Source of the DNA: Pseudomonadota bacterium | Lineage (GTDB): Bacteria; Pseudomonadota; Gammaproteobacteria; Methylococcales; Methylococcaceae | Length of the DNA stretch: 64,000 nucleotides | Assembly (NCBI GenBank): GCA_041158225.1 | Contig: JBEBBU010000165.1 | Location: forward strand, 256-64,255 | Direction: 5' to 3' | Shown here: in pieces, positions 59,905 through 64,000 of the stretch | Numbering within the stretch: position 1 is the first letter of the stretch | Layout: the number at the start of each line of letters is the position of its first letter | Translations under genes and position numbers: made by a program | The notes under the pieces: model-generated | Told to the model about the DNA's origin: nothing | What the model saw: only the letters and a program-made list of their open reading frames with translations | The model's database searches: none

Positions 59905-60329
59905 AGGGGGGAGTCATCCAGCAATAACGGGTGTTCAACGGGTGGATCCTGATCAAGACTGAAGGCTCTGAGTTCCAGTACGCCGCGGGTATTGAGGGTA
60001 ATGATCAGGTGTAGCAGTTCAGGATGTCCATGTTCCTCCAGATCGTGCCGGGAGGGTAGGGCCGGGGCTGTGGGGTGGGAATGATAAATGGCGTAAGGCA
60101 TTTCGCCACGCTCGCGCATGATGGCCACTGTATCCAGCTGTTCGCGTTCATCCATCTGGAAACGGGTTGCTGGTGTCGGGCTCACATTGTGCATCGGATA
60201 GAGGCGGCAGGGGCGTTGTGCCCGTGCTGCCATGAGGCCGCACACTTCGGCATCTGGTGCAGTCTGGGCGTGCTGCATGATCTGGTTGACCAGTCTGCGC
60301 GGCAGGTAGACAGGTGTTGCGTTATTCAT
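59901..60329 (-). CDS. JAB/MPN (JAMM) domain metalloprotease-like protein
   Basis: The upstream E..G element (EVCGL) and the JAMM motif HSHPTAPALPSRHD are present. The stop overlaps the rlmM start by 4 nt. Confidence 0.8.
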   Translation of the reverse strand: MNNATPVYLPRRLVNQIMQHAQTAPDAEVCGLMAARAQRPCRLYPMHNVSPTPATRFQMDEREQLDTVAIMRERGEMPYAIYHSHPTAPALPSRHDLEEHGHPELLHLIITLNTRGVLELRAFSLDQDPPVEHPLLLDDSPL

Positions 60330-60339
60330 GAGGATCGGT

Positions 60340-61551
60340 TCACTGTATAGATCTGGATGGCGAAAAATGGGCCTGCAGGCGGCTCAGTCCGGCAAATTGG
60401 CCTTGTGCGGATTCTGACAGGATCAGGGTGTACAGGCGATGGTGACGACATAGCACTTTCCCGGACGATGCATGACGCAGTTCAAGGCTGAGCTGGTAAC
60501 GGTCCGGAGCAAGCGACATGTCGGGCAGACTGACGGTGACGCTGGTTGCCTGCTGTCCTGACCAGGCCGGATATGACGCGCCATAGGCTGAATCAGCACT
60601 GGCGACGAGCAGGCCAGCCTCATTCCAGAACCCGATCCGCAGATGTACAGCTGCATCAGTCTGCCCCTGTAGGTCCAGCGTCAGTTGCCATGCATCGCCA
60701 CTGGCAAGGTGCGGCTGCCCTGATGTTATTTTTACACTGATCTGGTCATGATGCAGTTCGGATGCCTGCTGGTACAGCATCGGCATCTGCTGCTGGTGTG
60801 CCAGATTCTGATAGCCGATGGCACTGTAATAACGCGGGTAAATGATGTCTGGTGTATCGATGGCCATGGCTTCGCCATGCAGCATGAGCAGACAGCGGTC
60901 GGCAATCTGCCGCATATTCATTTCCTGATGCGAGACAAAGACAATGGCAGTACCCTGCTTTTTCAGGTGACTGAGCCGGTCGAGACACTGGAGCTGGAAG
61001 CGGGTATCGCCAACGGCAAGAACTTCGTCAATCAGCAGCAGGCGTGCGGGCAGGCAGGTTGCTATGGCAAACTCCAGTCTGGCATACATGCCGTCCGAGT
61101 ACTGCCTGACTGGCCGGTCCAGTGCTTCATCCAGCCCGGAAAATGCAACGATATCATCCAGCAGGCGGTCAGTAGTGCGTTTGTCCACCCCCTGTCCGGC
61201 ACACTTGATGTAAATATTTTCGCGTCCACTGTACAGGGGTTGCAGTCCCTGGCCAAGGCGTAATAGTGATTTCATGCCGTGTGTGACGGCTACCCTGCCT
61301 TCATCCGGGCGGTAATCACCATCCAGCAGCCGTAGCAGGGTACTTTTGCCCGCACCGTTAGGTCCTACAAGGCCGAGGCATTCACCTGCTTCCAGTTCAA
61401 AGCTCAGATTTCTGACGGCCCAGATTTCCTGGCTTCTCTGCATTGCAGGTCGGGCGCTCCGCATCCTGTCCTGTAGGGGATAGAGGATGGATGCGAGGAG
61501 TGAGCGATAGAAACGCTTGCCCAGATGGTCAGCGCGCACAACCACAGTCAT
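60340..61551 (-). CDS. Wzt/TagH-like ABC transporter ATP-binding protein with C-terminal beta-rich domain
   Basis: The motifs are Walker A GPNGAGKST, signature YSDGMYARL (usually YSSGM), Walker B LLLIDEVLAVGD and H-loop FVSHQ. An extra C-terminal domain of about 160 aa resembles Wzt carbohydrate-binding domains. No permease gene is adjacent. Confidence 0.75.
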   Translation of the reverse strand: MTVVVRADHLGKRFYRSLLASILYPLQDRMRSARPAMQRSQEIWAVRNLSFELEAGECLGLVGPNGAGKSTLLRLLDGDYRPDEGRVAVTHGMKSLLRLGQGLQPLYSGRENIYIKCAGQGVDKRTTDRLLDDIVAFSGLDEALDRPVRQYSDGMYARLEFAIATCLPARLLLIDEVLAVGDTRFQLQCLDRLSHLKKQGTAIVFVSHQEMNMRQIADRCLLMLHGEAMAIDTPDIIYPRYYSAIGYQNLAHQQQMPMLYQQASELHHDQISVKITSGQPHLASGDAWQLTLDLQGQTDAAVHLRIGFWNEAGLLVASADSAYGASYPAWSGQQATSVTVSLPDMSLAPDRYQLSLELRHASSGKVLCRHHRLYTLILSESAQGQFAGLSRLQAHFSPSRSIQ

Positions 61552-61560
61552 GTGAGCTGG

Positions 61561-62997
61561 TCAGCCATCCAGACGGCTTTTGAGCAGTTCGTTCAGCTGC
61601 GCCGGATTGGCTTTGCCCTGTGTGGCTTTCATGGCCTGTCCCACGAAAAAGGCAAAAAGCTTGTCTTTGCCAGCGCGATACTGTGCGAGCTGGTCCGGGT
61701 TGGCGGCGATGATGCCATCAATAATGGCTTCCAGGGCACTGTTGTCCGTGATCTGTCGGAGTCCTTCGCGATCAATGACGGCATCGGCACTCAGTCCGGG
61801 TTCCAGCCACAGTATTTCCAGTACCTGTTTGCCTATCTTGCCGGAAATGGTGCTGTCGACGATACGCTGGAGAAGTCCAGCCAGTGTCATGGCATCAACG
61901 CGGCTGGTGCTGATGTCCAGACCTTCCTTGTTGATCAGTCCCAGCAGTTCACCCATGACCCAGTTGGCGCAGATTTTGGCATCTGCTGCGGATTCCCTGA
62001 CCACGGTTTCGAAGTAATCTGCCAGTTCACGGCTGGCGGTCAGTACGTCGGCATCATAGTCACTCAGTCCGTAGCTTTCCATGAAGCGGGCCAGTTTTGC
62101 GTCAGGGAGTTCGGGTAGTGATGCGCGAACCTGCTCTATTCTTTCTGCGCTGATGGCAAGCGGCAGCAGATCAGGGTCAGGGAAGTAGCGATAGTCGTTG
62201 GCTTCCTCCTTACTGCGCATGGAGCGGGTTTCATCCTTGTTGGCATCATAGAGGCGGGTTTCCTGGATGATGCTGCCGCCAGCCTCCAGAATGGCGATCT
62301 GGCGCTCAACCTCGTGGTTGATCGCCCGTTCCACGAAGCGGAAGGAGTTCAGGTTCTTGATTTCACAGCGTGTGCCAAAAGCTGTCTGGCCTTTGGGGCG
62401 AACCGAGACATTGGCGTCACAACGGAAGGAGCCTTCCTGCATGTTGCCGTCACATATTTCCAGATAGCGTACCAGCGCGTGCAGCTTTTTCATGTAGGCT
62501 ACCGCCTCGCGTGCTGAGCGCATGTCTGGCTCTGACACGATTTCCAGCAGCGGTGTGCCCGCCCGGTTCAGGTCAATGCCGCTCTGGTTGAGAAAGCCTT
62601 CGTGCATGGATTTGCCGGCATCTTCTTCCAGATGTGCACGGGTGATGCCAACGGTGATGGGCGTGCCGTCGACATGGATGACCAGCTGCCCCTGACTGAC
62701 CACTGGCAGGTCGTACTGGCTTATCTGGTAGCCTTTGGGCAGGTCGGGGTAAAAATAGTTCTTGCGTGAAAAGACTGACAGTGGACAGACGGTAGCGCCT
62801 ATGGCCAGGCCGAGGCGGATCGCCATGTCAACCGCCTGCTGGTTGAGTACGGGCAGTACCCCAGGCATGCCGAGATCAATGGCGCAGGCCTGGGTGTTGG
62901 GCTCGGCACCATAGGCAGTGGCTGCGCCTGAAAAAATCTTTGACCGGGTGGCCAGCTGTGCGTGAATTTCCAGTCCAATGACTGTTTCCCATTCCAT
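61561..62997 (-). CDS. gatB: Asp/Glu-tRNA amidotransferase subunit B
   Basis: [24 protein letters not shown] is the canonical GatB N-terminus. Confidence 0.97.
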   Translation of the reverse strand: MEWETVIGLEIHAQLATRSKIFSGAATAYGAEPNTQACAIDLGMPGVLPVLNQQAVDMAIRLGLAIGATVCPLSVFSRKNYFYPDLPKGYQISQYDLPVVSQGQLVIHVDGTPITVGITRAHLEEDAGKSMHEGFLNQSGIDLNRAGTPLLEIVSEPDMRSAREAVAYMKKLHALVRYLEICDGNMQEGSFRCDANVSVRPKGQTAFGTRCEIKNLNSFRFVERAINHEVERQIAILEAGGSIIQETRLYDANKDETRSMRSKEEANDYRYFPDPDLLPLAISAERIEQVRASLPELPDAKLARFMESYGLSDYDADVLTASRELADYFETVVRESAADAKICANWVMGELLGLINKEGLDISTSRVDAMTLAGLLQRIVDSTISGKIGKQVLEILWLEPGLSADAVIDREGLRQITDNSALEAIIDGIIAANPDQLAQYRAGKDKLFAFFVGQAMKATQGKANPAQLNELLKSRLDG

Positions 62998-63009
62998 AAA
63001 TCAGTATCC

Positions 63010-64000
63010 TCAGATTGCGTTCATGCCAGACGGGATCTGCCGGTGCCAGTCCGTCGCCTGCTGGTAACGGTGGGCGATATTCAGCAGTCGTGCCTCACTG
63101 AAATAATTGCCTATAAGCTGCATGCCTACGGGCAGGCCGGAGGAGAAACCTACCGGAATGGACATGCCTGGCAGTCCAGCCAGATTGACAGCGATGGTAT
63201 AGATGTCTGACAGGTACATGGCGATCGGATCCTGACTTTTGGCGCCAAGACCAAATGCCACTGATGGTGCTGTGGGGCCCATGATGACATCGACGCGGGA
63301 GAATGCCTCACGGAAATCCTGGCTGATCAGGCGCCTGATTTTCTGAGCCTTGAGATAGTAGGCATCGTAGTATCCGGCGGACAGGGCGTAAGTACCGATG
63401 AGTATGCGCCTTTTGACTTCATCACCGAAACCCTCACCGCGCGAGCGCTGGTAAAGATCGGACAGATCTTTGGGATTTTCGCAGCGGTGGCCGTAGCGTA
63501 CGCCATCAAAGCGCGCAAGATTGGATGAGCATTCTGCCGGCGCCACAACATAGTAGGCGGGAGCCGACAGGTGCATATTGGGCAGGGAGACTGGTTCAAC
63601 ACTGGCGCCAAGACTGCGGTAGGTATTCACGGCTTCCTCGATCCTGGCTGCAATATCGGCATCAAGGCCCTCACCGAAGAACTGTTCAGGCAGCCCGATA
63701 CGCAGACCTTCGAGGCTGTCACCCAGCGTCGCTGTATAGTCAGGTACTGGCAGGTCCACGCTGGTGGAATCACGCGGATCAAAGCCTGCCATGACCTGTA
63801 GCAGCATGGCACAGTCTTCAGCAGACTGCGCCATGGGGCCTGCCTGATCCAGACTGGATGCGAAGGCAATCATACCCCAGCGTGAAATACGTCCGTAGGT
63901 GGGTTTGAGCCCGGTAATGCCGCAGAAGGCGGCAGGCTGGCGGATGGAACCGCCGGTATCTGTGCCGGTGGCGGCGACTGCGATTCTGGCAGCTACAGCG
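63010..64000 (-). CDS. gatA: Glu-tRNA(Gln) amidotransferase subunit A (5' end beyond the right window edge)
   Basis: The reverse frame is open to the window edge and encodes the amidase signature ...[42 protein letters not shown]. The track ORF 63010..63873 is only the part downstream of an internal Met. Confidence 0.95.
   Translation of the reverse strand, partial: AVAARIAVAATGTDTGGSIRQPAAFCGITGLKPTYGRISRWGMIAFASSLDQAGPMAQSAEDCAMLLQVMAGFDPRDSTSVDLPVPDYTATLGDSLEGLRIGLPEQFFGEGLDADIAARIEEAVNTYRSLGASVEPVSLPNMHLSAPAYYVVAPAECSSNLARFDGVRYGHRCENPKDLSDLYQRSRGEGFGDEVKRRILIGTYALSAGYYDAYYLKAQKIRRLISQDFREAFSRVDVIMGPTAPSVAFGLGAKSQDPIAMYLSDIYTIAVNLAGLPGMSIPVGFSSGLPVGMQLIGNYFSEARLLNIAHRYQQATDWHRQIPSGMNAI

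Noticed and set aside
60748-62118. Plus-strand ORFs of 171 aa and 197 aa over the ABC ATPase and gatB
   Set aside because: They are antisense to genes with clear Walker and GatB motifs.

Overview
This is a GC-rich proteobacterial chromosomal window. It is almost fully coding and is dominated by housekeeping operons: proS, sucCD-nadE, bamD/rluD/pgeF, ilvIH-ilvC-pssA-leuA, murJ-ribF-ileS-lspA, rpsT, proB-obg-rpmA-rplU, cca, purC, djlA and gatAB. A sugar-phosphate island at 12.2-20.6 kb carries class II FBA, two phosphoribulokinase paralogs, transaldolase, two 3-hexulose-6-phosphate synthases, 6-phospho-3-hexuloisomerase and transketolase. This marks the host as a RuMP-cycle methylotroph. The ilvIH-ilvC-pssA-leuA synteny looks betaproteobacterial (Methylophilaceae-like), but that is inference only. 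I saw no rRNA or tRNA genes, CRISPR arrays, transposases or prophage genes.

The most unusual stretch is 46.8-50.6 kb. It is a visibly AT-richer gap next to rplU and contains three short genes below the ORF-track cutoff. Two are paralogous 39-aa lipoprotein-type peptides and one is a 41-aa single-TM peptide, and each has a Shine-Dalgarno site and its own downstream hairpin. They are followed by a lipoprotein with a C-terminal CXXCH heme motif. Converging on that gene is a four-gene envelope operon of two polytopic membrane proteins, a CopC-fold protein lacking the canonical copper-binding His residues, and a beta-rich protein with a C-terminal anchor. I propose this as an uncharacterised periplasmic metal/redox module.

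Other points of note:
- One PRK paralog has lost its P-loop Ser/Thr residues and the EGD..H catalytic motif, and is translationally coupled to FBA.
- An orphan YbdD/YjiX-like gene overlaps head-to-head with a small membrane ORF.
- An orphan Wzt-like ABC ATPase and a JAMM protein sit in the gatAB-rlmM gene string.
- A rearranged minor-pilin set has its first start codon buried in a 13-bp hairpin.

All family assignments come from motif recognition by eye. No database search was possible.
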